This document shows positions 11,887 to 23,293 of a stretch of 64,000 bases of DNA, in pieces. Position numbers and translations under genes: made by a program. The DNA is from Eledone cirrhosa (lineage: Eukaryota), in assembly GCA_964016885.1 (NCBI GenBank), contig OZ024749.1:23064001-23128000 (forward strand), given 5' to 3'. Positions within the stretch are counted from its first letter, which is position 1; each line of letters begins with the position of its first letter. The notes beneath the pieces are model-generated. The model saw nothing but the letters and a program-made list of their open reading frames with translations. It searched no databases and was not told the DNA's origin.

Positions 11887-13836
11887 ATTGTTTCTATTTT
11901 TTGCACAAGGCCAGCAATTATTCCAATGTATTATTGGTACTTTATTTTATCGACCCCGTGAGGATGAAAGGCAAAGTTAACCTCGGCAGGATTTGAACTC
12001 AGACCATAAAGGGCCGTAACTCTTTGGGGCAAAGCATGGCGTCTGACCCTCTACCGAGACTGCCAATCCACCCGGTGGGGTACAAATAATGCTCATTGCA
12101 TCACGTTTGTTTGAACGTGTTTGTTTGTTACATATACTAGAAGAAGGTGAACCTTCTCCCCTGATTTTTCTCCCCTACCCAATCCTTCAGTTCTTTATCT
12201 TATTATCTCTAATCCTTGTAGGTTCGTAAGCTTACTATAAACAATAAGCATGACATAACTTATCTCCTTACCCCTCACAACTTAAAAAAAAGTCGTTTCG
12301 TCCTCATTTCACTCAATTTATAGTTCTATATACATATAAATGTGATAGACAGACAGACGGAGTAACCTCTCTTCCTTTATAATAATAATAATTTCTATAA
12401 TTGGCACAAGTCCAGTAATTTCGGGAGAAAGGAAAGTCGATTAAATCGACCCCAGTCCATTATGGTGCTTTATTTCATCGACCCCGTATGGATGAAAGGT
12501 GAAGCTAAACTGAGCAGGATTTGAACTCAGACATAAATGGCCATAACTCTATCCTTCGAAGCATAATGTCCGACACTCTACCAATACTGCCAATCCACTA
12601 ATGATAATTTCTACTTTTGGCACAAGGCCAGCAATTATCTCCAGTACATTACTGGTACTTTATTTTATCGACCTCGTAAGGATGAAAGGCAAAGCCAAAC
12701 TGGGTAGGATTTGAACTCAGAACGTAAAGGGCCGTAACTTTACTCTGAAAAGCATATTGTCGGACGCTCTACCGATACTACCAATCCACTAATAATGAGG
12801 ATAGTATGTATGAACTCTTTCCACTTGGCCTTTCCACTTGTCCTTCCATTTGAAGATGGCAGGATGAGATTTCTAGCTTAAAAAATACATGGCGGGAAAT
12901 ACAATGCTCACTGTTACCAGCGTCATGGCTGTTAACTCTTCCAGCTATGATGTCTGTGGCTATTGTGTACCATCTACAATTAATTGTTTCTACTTTTGGC
13001 ACAAGGCCTGCAAAACCCCACAGTGCATTACTGGTACATTATTTTATCTACCTCATAAGGATGAAAGGCAAATCTAGCCTCGGCGGGATTTGAACTCAGA
13101 ATGTCATCATCATCATCATTCTTCGACTACTGTCGAGATGATGGATCTCACTCTCATGCCTCAGAATTCCATATCCCCCATCGCTGCCCCCAGGTCCCGT
13201 CTACTGATTCCCGTACCCCTAGAGATCATTATGATCAGAAACAGGACCCGAGAAAGCAGGGGCTGGAACTATATCAACAGGTATACCATATAGTGTGGTT
13301 CCCTGAGGAACAGGAACCCTGGTGCAGTTAGTTGCGAAATCCATCATCTTTTCAAATAATGTAAGGACCATAGCTATGCTGCAAAGTATGGTGTCTGATG
13401 CTCAACCGATAATGATAATTATTATTATTCCTACTTTAGGCCAGCAATTTGGGGAGAAGGGAAAGTTTATTAAATCGACTCCAGTGCATGACTGGTACTT
13501 TATTTTATCGACCCCGTAAGAACGAAAATAAGTTAACCTCGGTCTGAGATTATATTCTTAAATGCCTCTTATTTCCTTCCAAAATCGCCGGAGATCATGA
13601 AAACTGTTAAGCTCATTACCATTTCTCATTGACCAAACTGTAAATAAATAGTTCTACTTTTGGTACAAGGCCAACAATTATCCCAGTAAATTACTGGTAC
13701 GTTATTTTATCAACCCCATAAGAACGACAGGCAAAGTTAACCTCGGCGGGATTTGAAATCAGATTGCAAAAGGGCAGTAACTCTATGATGCAAAGCATGT
13801 CGTCCGACCCTCTACCGATATTGCCAATCCACCGCC
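11887..13836 (-). mobile_element. Cluster of about 6 co-oriented SINE copies (about 11887-12072, 12385-12600, 12602-12790, 12980-13100, 13420-13545, 13645-13836) with a degraded RTE-like 3' piece at ~13105-13410
   Basis: Repeated TTTCTACTTTTGGCACAAGGCCAGC...TACTGGTACTTTATTTTATCGACCCCG..AGGATGAAAGGCAAAGTTAACCTCGGCGGGATTTGAACTCAGA. Confidence 0.85.
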
Positions 13837-14764
13837 TATAATAATAAAAATAATGATAATAATAATATAAGAAATAATAGTTGTAGTAGTAATACTGACA
13901 AAGGTTTTATTTCCCTAAAGGCCATCGTAAAATGAGAAAGTTACTCCGAAAACACACACCAAAACAAACAAACAAAATAAAATGAAAAGAAGCAAAAAGC
14001 AAAATCAACATCAACAACACCAACATCAATAGCAGAAACAACGAAAAACAAACATATGTACATACAAACAAAGATGGTATACCAGAGTTTTAAAGAAGTA
14101 AGCAAGAATGTGTAGTATTCCTGGAGGACTTTGGAAGCAGACGGTTACACATTTGTAAAAGAAGAATAGAAAAATCTGTGTCATAAAACCAGATCAAAAT
14201 ATCTCAGAAAGAATCCGATACGTTAATTAGATATACCCCCTTTGCCAAAATTGCAGAAGTCTTACAAATATTGTAAATAAATTAATGTTCAATTAAGATT
14301 CCTTTTACATGTTGTTTCAGAAATCGTTTGGCGCTACAAGTTATTATATTTTAATGAGGTGATTCTTTATTTGACTGTCTTCTTGAATATTCCGTACGTG
14401 TTTCTGTCTTGAGGAAAGTTGCAAGATCACGTTTTTCAAACAAGAAGCCGTATAAAACTGTGGTGTTACTTCCTCCTTCTCAATTTCTATCTTGTTGATC
14501 AATGTGTATTGTGAATGGCTGTTGGGAATTTGGTCCTGTATTATATGTAGCAATATAAAGTGGTATTTGTTATCAACGATGGCGACAGTGAGTGATTAGT
14601 AACATGGTGACGGAAGACGTGTAGGTAGATATGTAAGGAATGATACAACTACAATAGCGAGGAAAACTAGAGAAAACGAAGAGAACTGTTGACAGGGAAT
14701 GTTGGAGATTTCTTCCATATTCTCAGGTTGTCAGGATTGTAGCTCATACATTGGGGCTAATGAA

Positions 14765-14910
14765 ATAAAGGTGCGTGGTTTAATCGTTAGAGTGTCGGAT
14801 TCACAATCGTGAGATTGTTATTTCGATTTCCGGAATATCCGATGTGTTGTGTCCTTGGGCAATACATTTTATTTCATATTGCTCCAGTTTACTCAGCTGT
14901 AGAAAAGACT
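14765..14910 (+). mobile_element. Degraded tRNA-derived SINE of a second family
   Basis: tRNA-like head (GCGTGGTTTAATCGTTAGAGTGTCGGATTCACAATCGTGAG) followed by GTGTCCTTGGGCAA...TGCTCCAGTTTACTCAGCTGTA. A similar head lies on the minus strand at ~32945-33012. Confidence 0.5.
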
Positions 14911-15329
14911 TACAAATTTATTGCCGACCATAAAGAGAGACCTTCGAGGTGCAAGTCCCACGAAAGGGAAAGCTTCGAGATCGAATGCGATCTCTACCCT
15001 TTTAATAAAATAGAGTACCCGACTAAAGAGATAAACAGGGTAAGTTGTTGGAGCTTTGAGCTAGAGGTGTCGTTGTATCTCATCTGATTCTTTTTGGAGT
15101 TGAAGTTCAAATACCGCTGTCTATTCTATTTGAATGGAACCTCATTCGGTTTAACATTACCACCTAGTCGTTCTGTTCCTTCAGAGGACATCATACCTTT
15201 GCAAAGATCCGGACATGACTTCCGGCTTGAGATTATTTTCTTAAATGTCCCTTATTTCCTTCCAACATCCTCGAGTACCATGTAAAGTGTTAAGCCTATT
15301 ACCATTCCCTGATTGACCAAACATAAATA

Positions 15330-15489
15330 AATGTTTCTACTTTTGGCACAAGGCCAGCAATTATCCCACTACATTACAGGTACTTTATTTTATCGACCCG
15401 ACAAGGATGAAAGGCAATGTTAACCTCGACGGGATTTGAACGCAGATTGGAAAGGGCCGTAACTCTATGTTGCAAAGCATGGCGTCCGA
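15330..15489 (-). mobile_element. SINE copy, 5' truncated
   Basis: Same family motif as 11887-13836. Confidence 0.8.
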
Positions 15490-15798
15490 AATTTAAAAAA
15501 AATGGATAAATGAATTAGAATTAAATTCTAAATGTTTAGACACGTTTAAAAAGTATACTTCATATTCATGAAGTTTCTTGTTCGATTTCACGGCCCCAAA
15601 TAATCTGTCCCAAATATTCCCATCAATAAACGTGACTATTATATTCAATTGAATTGTGTTCAAATGTTAAATGGTCAGCCATGCTTTAGTAGTTTGGTTC
15701 ACAGTCCTGATGCTCTAGGTTCAGCAGTACTGGAGACCTAAGACTCGATTTAAATGCTTCCATCAAATTGGACTTCCTTAAAAACACTCAAAGATAAT

Positions 15799-15984
15799 TG
15801 TTTTTACTTTTGGCACAAGGCCAACAATTACCCCAATGCATTACTGGTGCTTTATTTTATCGACGCCGTAAGAATGAAAGGCAAATTAACTGTGGCGGGA
15901 TTTGAACTCAGATCATGAAGAACCATAACTCTATGCTGCAAAGCATGGTGTCCGACGCTTTACCGATACTGCCAATCCACCACC
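15799..15984 (-). mobile_element. SINE copy with 12-bp target-site duplication (TSD) CTCAAAGATAAT
   Basis: Family motif; TSD at 15787-15798 and 15985-15996. Confidence 0.88.
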
Positions 15985-16459
15985 CTCAAAGATAATGTTA
16001 TTAAATGGAGCGACAGTTTAAGTCCACCACACGTTGGACACTACTTGATTGTTTTGTCATGTTCATGAAGTCTAAACGGGCCATATACAAAATAAGAATA
16101 AAATTCAAAAATTCAGAATACTTAAATTGTCCGAGATTTTAGACGAGATCTCCTAGTGACTGTATAACTATCAATCATCTCTCTCTTTGAGTCTCTCTCT
16201 ATATTATACTTCTTATACCTTTTTCCACATTTCTCTAAATTATCTCTTTCAATCGTTTCACCAATCCAACTCGCCATTTATCTATCTATCTATCTACTTG
16301 CCTAACTACCTACCTAAATACCAACCTATAGATAGATATATCTATCTATTTATCATTCTATATTACGTTCTCTCTTTTCTCTATTTCCTTATCTATCAAT
16401 CAATCTACATATTTATCTATCTGGCCGTCTTTCTGTCTCTCTCTGTAAGACCCGCTATC

Positions 16460-16941
16460 TGGCGAAAGAGGTTGTATGGTGGACGCGTCTGAAAGGACTG
16501 AGGTCAGACACCTTTCTCGCTGGCCAACAACTGGTCCGTTTCTTCCGATATCATTTCGGAAGAAGGATCAGGATGGAGAGAGAGGTACCGCACCCCAGCC
16601 GTTTCTATGAAAGATGGGTGAAAGTGGCGAGAATGGCCCGTGTGAATGGGCCTTCACTCTACATCAGACTGTAGGTGAGAAAGATGAAAGATCAAGGGAG
16701 TACCCTCTCTCTGTGCTCCTAAGGAGAAGGGTTGCACACTTTTTAGGGGGGTGTGTGCGACCCCCCAAGGCGCCTCCTCCCTATTGAGGATTTTGTTATT
16801 CAATTTATTTTTGTTGTATTTTATATTTTATATTTTTATATTTTGTTATTGCCTGCTCCTTAGTGAGGACGCCTTTTTATGTAAACTCCCCCCATTGTAC
16901 TTGTCCCACTCTTTGATGCCCTGGTGGCAAATAAAAAGAAA
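16460..16941 (+). mobile_element. Tx1-like LINE 3' fragment A
   Basis: Highly similar to ~22709-23240; ends GTGGCAAATAAAAAGAAA followed by (TCTA)n. Confidence 0.9.
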
Positions 16942-17056
16942 GTTATCTATCTATCAATCTATAAATATACCTACGGATATATCCATCTAGATATCTATAT
17001 TTCTCTCGCTCTCTCACTGACTATCGCTCTCATTCTGTCTATCTCTATCTACCTAT

Positions 17057-17420
17057 TTAGGTACCACTTTAGAAGGAGAATCAGAGTGGAGAGAGAGCAC
17101 TGCACCTCAGTAAATTTACTGAAAGGTGGGTGAATGTAGCAAAAATGGCCCGAGTGATTGGGCCTTCTCTGTATATAAACCTGTAGGTTGACGAAGAGAG
17201 CAAAAGGAAGAAAGGTTCACATGCACAACACGCTCTTGAAGTTGATGTTTGTTCTATCGACGGAGTATTAAACAACCCATTTGTGGCGCCTCCCCCCTAT
17301 TGTGAATTTCAATTGTTAAATTTGTTTGTTTCAATATTTTTACACGATTGTATGTAAAATCCCCGGCATGTGTCCTTGTTTTGTCCCCTTTCTTGTGCGC
17401 CCTTGTGGCAAATAAAGAAA
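17057..17420 (+). mobile_element. Tx1-like LINE 3' fragment B (more diverged)
   Basis: Encodes FRYHFRRRIRVERE; ends GTGGCAAATAAAGAAA followed by (TCTA)n. Confidence 0.85.
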
Positions 17421-17667
17421 TCTATCTATCTATCTATCTATATGTATCTCTGGGATGGACACACGCGTATAACTTGCTGAGTAAGTTCTGTTTAAATTTC
17501 TATAGAAATTCTTGTCTGATAACTTTAATTTTTGTACCATTTTGTAGAGGGACTGCCAGGTCAAACTTTGATCTGGTCAGTCTCTCAAAATATTCTACGC
17601 CTTTAGGCAAAATAGTTAAACAAAAAAAAAAAAAGTTTTTTCTTGTTGAAAAGTCAATATTTTTTAA

Positions 17668-19461
17668 ATGGCCGAAGCTTCTTCACCAAAATTCGAAGGA
17701 GGAAAGGGGAAGATGAACTTACAGCTTCCCCCTGCCACTGTCACAGTAGCAGAGGTCAAGAAGAAATGTCAGCCAGAGGAAGAATTCTCTCCACCTGTTA
17801 ACCGACAACTTGACGTTGCCATGGCAACAACCCAAAGAACCAGCAGCAACAGCAACAACAACAACAATGCGACGGACGAAAACAACACCAATAACTATAA
17901 CAATAACAACAACAACAAGACCAATAACGGTGACAACAACAACAATGATAACAACAAGACCACCAACGACAACAACAACACAAACAAACAAAATTTCTCC
18001 TTCGCCGAGACGACAAGGAAAACCCTCGACTATCTGCCAGTAGATATAACAAAAGCGAAGGAGCTACTGGCGGATGCGAAAAAATATATAGTGTACGGAG
18101 AAAATGGTTCATTCACAATCCATTCCCCCCCGGAACTAAAAAGCCAGAGACTCCTAAACACGGTCATGTTTAGGACAATCTCGAACAAAAGTAAAAAACC
18201 AGCTCAACCATCACAGAGCGAGATAGAACTGGTGTTAAAAGACGTCATGAAGGACATCACCTTCATTCAGAAGGATAGACTCTACGGGAGTCTATCCATT
18301 CTCATGAAGGACAGGGACACAGCAGTGAAACTGTCCATCAAACCAATCACATCCACCGCATACACCTTCTATCCTACGTACATAGGTAGAAGAACACAAC
18401 AAATAAAAATCCACACCATCCTGCCGATTATGGACATATGGTGGGTTTTGACAGGTTTTCTGGACCTGGAGGATGACATGCTGGTGTCCATGGGAAAGGC
18501 ATCGGGTGACGCGTTCAGTGGAACGAGCCTCGAACTTGTAGTTCAAATGAGGCCCGAAAGGATCGCCCAGATCCCTGAACGCGTCATACTGGATGATCTA
18601 ACCTTCATCAACATTACCGTTGAGGGTAGACGGCCCTCGTGTTACCTCTGCGGAACCAGAGGTCACCTGAGGGCTGTCTGTCCCCAACTTAATAAGAAAA
18701 CTCCAATCCTGCCTACACCACCAACAACTGCACAACCAACACAATCACCACAACTACCACTACAAAAACAACCACCACAGCTCAAACCAAAACAAAACAA
18801 TGTCCAACCCATCCCCTCCACTCAAAAAACAAAAACAATTTCCAAAACACCCGTACCGCAAACACAACCCGAAAATATACCCCTCCCCTCCAACGCGGAA
18901 GATGACCCTAGTTCGTCGTCAGACGAGGAGGAGCACTTCCACACAATCAAAAGAAAAAAAAGAAAACACACCTCAGACACACAAATGAAAAAAAACCCTC
19001 CCCAAAACATAACACTGACACCAACACAAAAGAGCTCACAACAACAGCAAACAAAAAACACCACACAAAAACAAAAACATGCATACACATACATAAATAC
19101 AAGAAACAAAAAACTGTTAAACATTGTGTACAACAACAATCTAATAAAAACACAAGGGCCTAACTTCACCCAGGCAGGGGATTTCCCCCACCTCAAAATG
19201 ATTAAGGCCCCACAGGACACCTATAAAACTTTAAAAAACAATTTTAAAGAGGACGTGGGTCCCCCCTGCGTCGGGCCCATTAACCGCGTCCTCTTAAAAA
19301 ACTATCCCACCCCCTCCCCAAACACCCACACAACTCCAAGCTCCCCAACCACACAACACACTGATGCCCCCACACTTCCACAAACCACCACCCCACCCAA
19401 CAACCCATCCCCCACCCTAATGGAAATTGTGCAGCCCGATACCCGGGACGCAGAGAGGTAA
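17668..19461 (+). CDS. LINE ORF1p (gag-like, CCHC zinc knuckle, Asn- and Pro/Thr/Gln-rich low-complexity regions)
   Basis: 597-aa ORF; SFAE motif; CYLCGTRGHLRAVC knuckle; directly upstream of ORF2. Confidence 0.9.
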   Translation: MAEASSPKFEGGKGKMNLQLPPATVTVAEVKKKCQPEEEFSPPVNRQLDVAMATTQRTSSNSNNNNNATDENNTNNYNNNNNNKTNNGDNNNNDNNKTTNDNNNTNKQNFSFAETTRKTLDYLPVDITKAKELLADAKKYIVYGENGSFTIHSPPELKSQRLLNTVMFRTISNKSKKPAQPSQSEIELVLKDVMKDITFIQKDRLYGSLSILMKDRDTAVKLSIKPITSTAYTFYPTYIGRRTQQIKIHTILPIMDIWWVLTGFLDLEDDMLVSMGKASGDAFSGTSLELVVQMRPERIAQIPERVILDDLTFINITVEGRRPSCYLCGTRGHLRAVCPQLNKKTPILPTPPTTAQPTQSPQLPLQKQPPQLKPKQNNVQPIPSTQKTKTISKTPVPQTQPENIPLPSNAEDDPSSSSDEEEHFHTIKRKKRKHTSDTQMKKNPPQNITLTPTQKSSQQQQTKNTTQKQKHAYTYINTRNKKLLNIVYNNNLIKTQGPNFTQAGDFPHLKMIKAPQDTYKTLKNNFKEDVGPPCVGPINRVLLKNYPTPSPNTHTTPSSPTTQHTDAPTLPQTTTPPNNPSPTLMEIVQPDTRDAER

Positions 19462-19485
19462 GTGCCTTTTCTCTTCACCACCAAC

Positions 19486-22400
19486 ATGGCTATGCTAAGA
19501 ATAGGCTGTTTAAATGCGCGTGGCCTGGGCTCAACTTGGAAACAAGCAATGCTTCTAAATGACCTCAGGTCACAACGTATAGATGTGATGGTTATTTGCG
19601 AGGCCCGGATCAGCAACGTGCGACAGCTGGCCCCCACCTTTGATGACTTTGAGATGCACGCATCTCTCTGTCAGCCTGGAGGTGGGGGTGGAGTTGTCGT
19701 TCTGCTGCAAAAACATCTGGGCCTCGCAACACAGATGGTACATTTGGACCCGGAGGGTCGACTAGTGGTTCTGGACCTTGGCAGTGGTAAAGGCGGAGCG
19801 TTTAGGTTGGTAGCCGCCTACGGCCCTTTCGGGTCAATGCGGCCGGACTTCTTCCATCGTCTGGAGACTTTTCTAGGGACGTCCCGCTCCTTGCTATTAG
19901 TGGGGGACTGGAATGGTATCCTAGATGCACGCTGGGACTACGTAGGGGCCTGCCCCGATAGAGAGGGGTGTAATAGTCTCAAAGGGTTAATCGGTCGATT
20001 TGACCTGGCCGATAGATATCGACTAGATTTTCCGACTGCGCCAACCTGGACTTGGGCAAATCGTAGCGGATCTTCTAGGTCGTACCTAGATAGGTTCTTA
20101 GTTAGAATTAAGGATAAGGACTTTTTAAGTTGTCCAAAAATGCGCATGGTTGGCTATTCGGACCACAAATTAGTGACCTGCATGGTCAACCTTGACAGAA
20201 CTCATAGACAGGGCCCCGGTTACTGGAAGCTCAACTTGTCCTTGCCGGCAAGTAGAGCCTACAGGAATCGGATTAGTACGTTAGTTAAGGAACGGTTGAC
20301 TGGAGCGATCGTCAACAGCAGGTGGTGGGTATCTCTAAAGAGAGAGATTAGAGTAGTCTCGATAGAATTTAGTAAGGTTCTAGCTGCGGATAGGAATAGG
20401 AAGGAAAGGGAGCTAATAGATAGAGTAGAAGAGGCAATTAGAAGCGGCGACGTGGCCAGAGTGCTAGCGTCGAGAACGGCTTTGAGCCAGTTTTTCGACG
20501 CGAAGCACGAAGGCTGCGTTGTCCGAAGTAAAATACGTGCTCTAGGGAACGAGGGGACCAAAGCTGTTAGCTGGGCCCGCGTGACAGAGGCCAACAGTGG
20601 AACTAAATCCACCATCCGGTCTTTGCGAGACCTGGATGGACGGGCGATTCTTGAGCCTAAGCAGATGTGTGAGGCCTTTCAAAGGCACTTTGCCCGACTG
20701 TTCGGGAGGGGCGGGGAGCCGGTTGGGAACGTGGACTTCGGTCCATACCTCGACGGCCTGCCGCGCCTCTCGGACAGGGAGGCGAAGTCCTGCGAGGAGC
20801 CGATTTCGGCCGCTGAGATAGAGGACGTGCTGAGCCAATGCGGCAAACGAAAATCCCCGGGACTCGATGGTCTTCCTTACGAATTATATCTAGCTATGCC
20901 GGACTTGTTCCCCGATCTCCTCGAGGCGGTCTACTGCAACTGGCAACAGAACGGGAGAATTCCCTGTACTGTGACCAAGGGCGTAGTCACGCTAGTGAGG
21001 AAGGACGAGAACAAGGGGGACGAAATAAGTAACTTCAGGCCCATAACTCTGCTAAATACAGAGTTACAGATTTTGGCCAAGGTGCTAGCAAAGAGGTTGG
21101 CGCTTGTCGTGGGCAACCTGGTGGGAGATGCGCAGACATGCGCTATCCCGTCCAGGTCCATCCATGACAACCTCCACCTCATGCGATACATCATAGAGAG
21201 GGTTGGGAACGAACCCGGCTTTGGTGGGGCTCTGATCGACTTGGATCAATCTAAGGCGTTCGATAGGGTCGACCATGGTTACCTGGATGCGGTGCTAGCG
21301 GCGGCAGGTTTCGGACCCGTTTTCAGGGGCTGGATCACTGCTATGCACAGCAGCCGCATCTGCTCTAGGGTCAAGGTGAACGGCTACCTCTCGGAGCCGT
21401 TCAAAATCGCGCGGTCCATCCGACAAGGGTGCCCTCTCTCCTCCCTTCTGTATGTGTTGACTCTCGAGCCACTACTGCGGAAGTTGGAGTTGTTGCAGGG
21501 CATCCCTTTGGAACCGGGATTGCGGAAAGCGGTGTCGGCCTACGCCGATGACGTGACAGTAATGGTGTCGACGGCCTCCGAAATCGAGGCGGTCGGCACC
21601 TTACTGGAGGAGTACGAAAAGTTCACAGGGGCTAAGCTGAACCGGGACAAGTCGATCGGTTTGCAACTCGGCACGTGGAGGGGCAGACCGATGCCCTCCG
21701 ATGGCGTCGTCGGACGCTGGACGGAGGGCCCGGTGAAGTTGCTCGGGGTCTGGTTCGGACCGGACCTCCAGGTGGAGAAACACTGGGCGGAGGTTACGAA
21801 CAGGGTGTTTGCACTGACCCAGAAGTGGGCCAGTTGCAAACTATCCCTGAAAGGTCGGGCGGAGGTGGCGAACACCTACATAGCGTCCGTCATCTACTAC
21901 CGCCTGACCGTAGTGCCCTGCCCAAGGGAAACCCTCACCAAGATGGAGCGCGCGCTCTTCCAATTCCTTTGGAAGAGGCGGGCTCCTATGGTGAGGAGAT
22001 CCAACTGCTGTCAACACCCTTCGAAAGGAGGGCTGGGGATGCCGTGGCTAATGATGCGTAAACACGCATTAAGGCTACGGCACCTCTACGTATTCCTCAC
22101 CGGACAACCGGTGTGGGCCTCGTTTGTGAGACGAACCTTTCCCAGACTCGTCTCACTCACCGAGCTGCAATCCTGGGTCAAGCAAAGACCGAGAAAACTG
22201 GGCGCCTGGCACACTGAGTGTGCCCAGGCGCTCACCGCCCTCTGGCAGGCGGATCTGGTTATCAGTGGAGACTCCACCGCAACATTCTATAGAGGGCTGG
22301 TACGCAGCAGGTGCGACGACGCCCTCGGAGAAGCCCTAGACATGGAGGAGGACGAACTGGCCGGCCTGTTCGGTAGGACATTCAGCCCGGGACCTATGGA

Positions 22401-22923
22401 CAACTTCCAGAAGTCCCTGGCCTGGCAGTGCTACCGAGGAGCTTTACCCGTTCGAGAAAGACTCTACAGACACGGGCGCCCGGGTAGGGACCCCGCCAAA
22501 AAGATCTGTCCCAGATGCGTGTGCGACGAGGAAACCGTTGCACACGCATTGGTACACTGCTCGGGCGTAGCCGATCTGTGGGGCTATGTCGAACAACTGC
22601 TGTCAAGGGTGGGACCGATCCGGTTGACCACCGAGTCTATTGTAATGATCAAGCCGCCTCCTCCCTTCAAAAATGAAGCAGAGGCGGTGTTTCTGTGCGT
22701 AATAGCCATGGCGAAAGAGGTTGTATGGTGGACGCGACTGAAAGGACTGAGGTCAGGCACCTTTCTCTCTGGCCAACAATTGGTCCGTTTCTTCCGATAT
22801 CATTTCGGAAGAAGGATCAGGATGGAGAGAGAGGTGCTGCACCCCAGTCGTTTTTATGAAAGGTGGGTGAAAGTGGCGAGAATGGCCCGTGTGAATGGGC
22901 CTTCTCTTTACATAAGCCTGTAG
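19486..22923 (+). CDS. LINE ORF2p: APE endonuclease, reverse transcriptase and C-terminal CCHC
   Basis: LNARGL, GDWN, SYLDRF, SDH (APE); KSPGLDG, FRPITLLN, DQSKAFDRV, RQGCPLS, YADD (RT); CPRC..ETVAHALVHC. First ATG at 19486. Confidence 0.96.
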   Translation: MAMLRIGCLNARGLGSTWKQAMLLNDLRSQRIDVMVICEARISNVRQLAPTFDDFEMHASLCQPGGGGGVVVLLQKHLGLATQMVHLDPEGRLVVLDLGSGKGGAFRLVAAYGPFGSMRPDFFHRLETFLGTSRSLLLVGDWNGILDARWDYVGACPDREGCNSLKGLIGRFDLADRYRLDFPTAPTWTWANRSGSSRSYLDRFLVRIKDKDFLSCPKMRMVGYSDHKLVTCMVNLDRTHRQGPGYWKLNLSLPASRAYRNRISTLVKERLTGAIVNSRWWVSLKREIRVVSIEFSKVLAADRNRKERELIDRVEEAIRSGDVARVLASRTALSQFFDAKHEGCVVRSKIRALGNEGTKAVSWARVTEANSGTKSTIRSLRDLDGRAILEPKQMCEAFQRHFARLFGRGGEPVGNVDFGPYLDGLPRLSDREAKSCEEPISAAEIEDVLSQCGKRKSPGLDGLPYELYLAMPDLFPDLLEAVYCNWQQNGRIPCTVTKGVVTLVRKDENKGDEISNFRPITLLNTELQILAKVLAKRLALVVGNLVGDAQTCAIPSRSIHDNLHLMRYIIERVGNEPGFGGALIDLDQSKAFDRVDHGYLDAVLAAAGFGPVFRGWITAMHSSRICSRVKVNGYLSEPFKIARSIRQGCPLSSLLYVLTLEPLLRKLELLQGIPLEPGLRKAVSAYADDVTVMVSTASEIEAVGTLLEEYEKFTGAKLNRDKSIGLQLGTWRGRPMPSDGVVGRWTEGPVKLLGVWFGPDLQVEKHWAEVTNRVFALTQKWASCKLSLKGRAEVANTYIASVIYYRLTVVPCPRETLTKMERALFQFLWKRRAPMVRRSNCCQHPSKGGLGMPWLMMRKHALRLRHLYVFLTGQPVWASFVRRTFPRLVSLTELQSWVKQRPRKLGAWHTECAQALTALWQADLVISGDSTATFYRGLVRSRCDDALGEALDMEEDELAGLFGRTFSPGPMDNFQKSLAWQCYRGALPVRERLYRHGRPGRDPAKKICPRCVCDEETVAHALVHCSGVADLWGYVEQLLSRVGPIRLTTESIVMIKPPPPFKNEAEAVFLCVIAMAKEVVWWTRLKGLRSGTFLSGQQLVRFFRYHFGRRIRMEREVLHPSRFYERWVKVARMARVNGPSLYISL

Positions 22924-23250
22924 GTGGAAAAGAGGAAGGAACGAGGGAGCACCCCCTCTCTGTTCTCCTGAGGAAAAGGGTTGCACACTTTTTTCGGGGG
23001 TGTGTGCGACCCCCCAAGGCGCCTCCTCTCTATTGAGGATTTTGTTATAAATTTTATTTTTTGTTATATTTTATAACAAAATCCTCTATTGAGGATTTTG
23101 TTATAATTCTATTTTTTGTTATATTTTATTTTATTTTTATATATTGTTATTGCCTCCTCCCTATTGAGGACGCCTTGTTTTGTAAACTCCCCCCATTGTA
23201 CTTGTCCCACTTTTGATGCCCTTGTGGCAAATAAAAGAAACATATCTATC

Positions 23251-23293
<43 letters not shown>

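Larger units (their letters stand above)
17443..23240 (+). mobile_element. Full-length, apparently intact Tx1/L1-clade LINE in (TCTA)n
   Basis: 5' UTR, ORF1, ORF2 and a 3' UTR ending in AATAAAAGAAA; flanked by TCTA repeats. Confidence 0.93.

Noticed and set aside
13900-14740. Degraded LINE or host exon
   Set aside because: Only vague similarity with no diagnostic motif; the same applies to 23520-23690, 24150-24430, 57560-57800 and 61380-62200. BLASTX would be needed.
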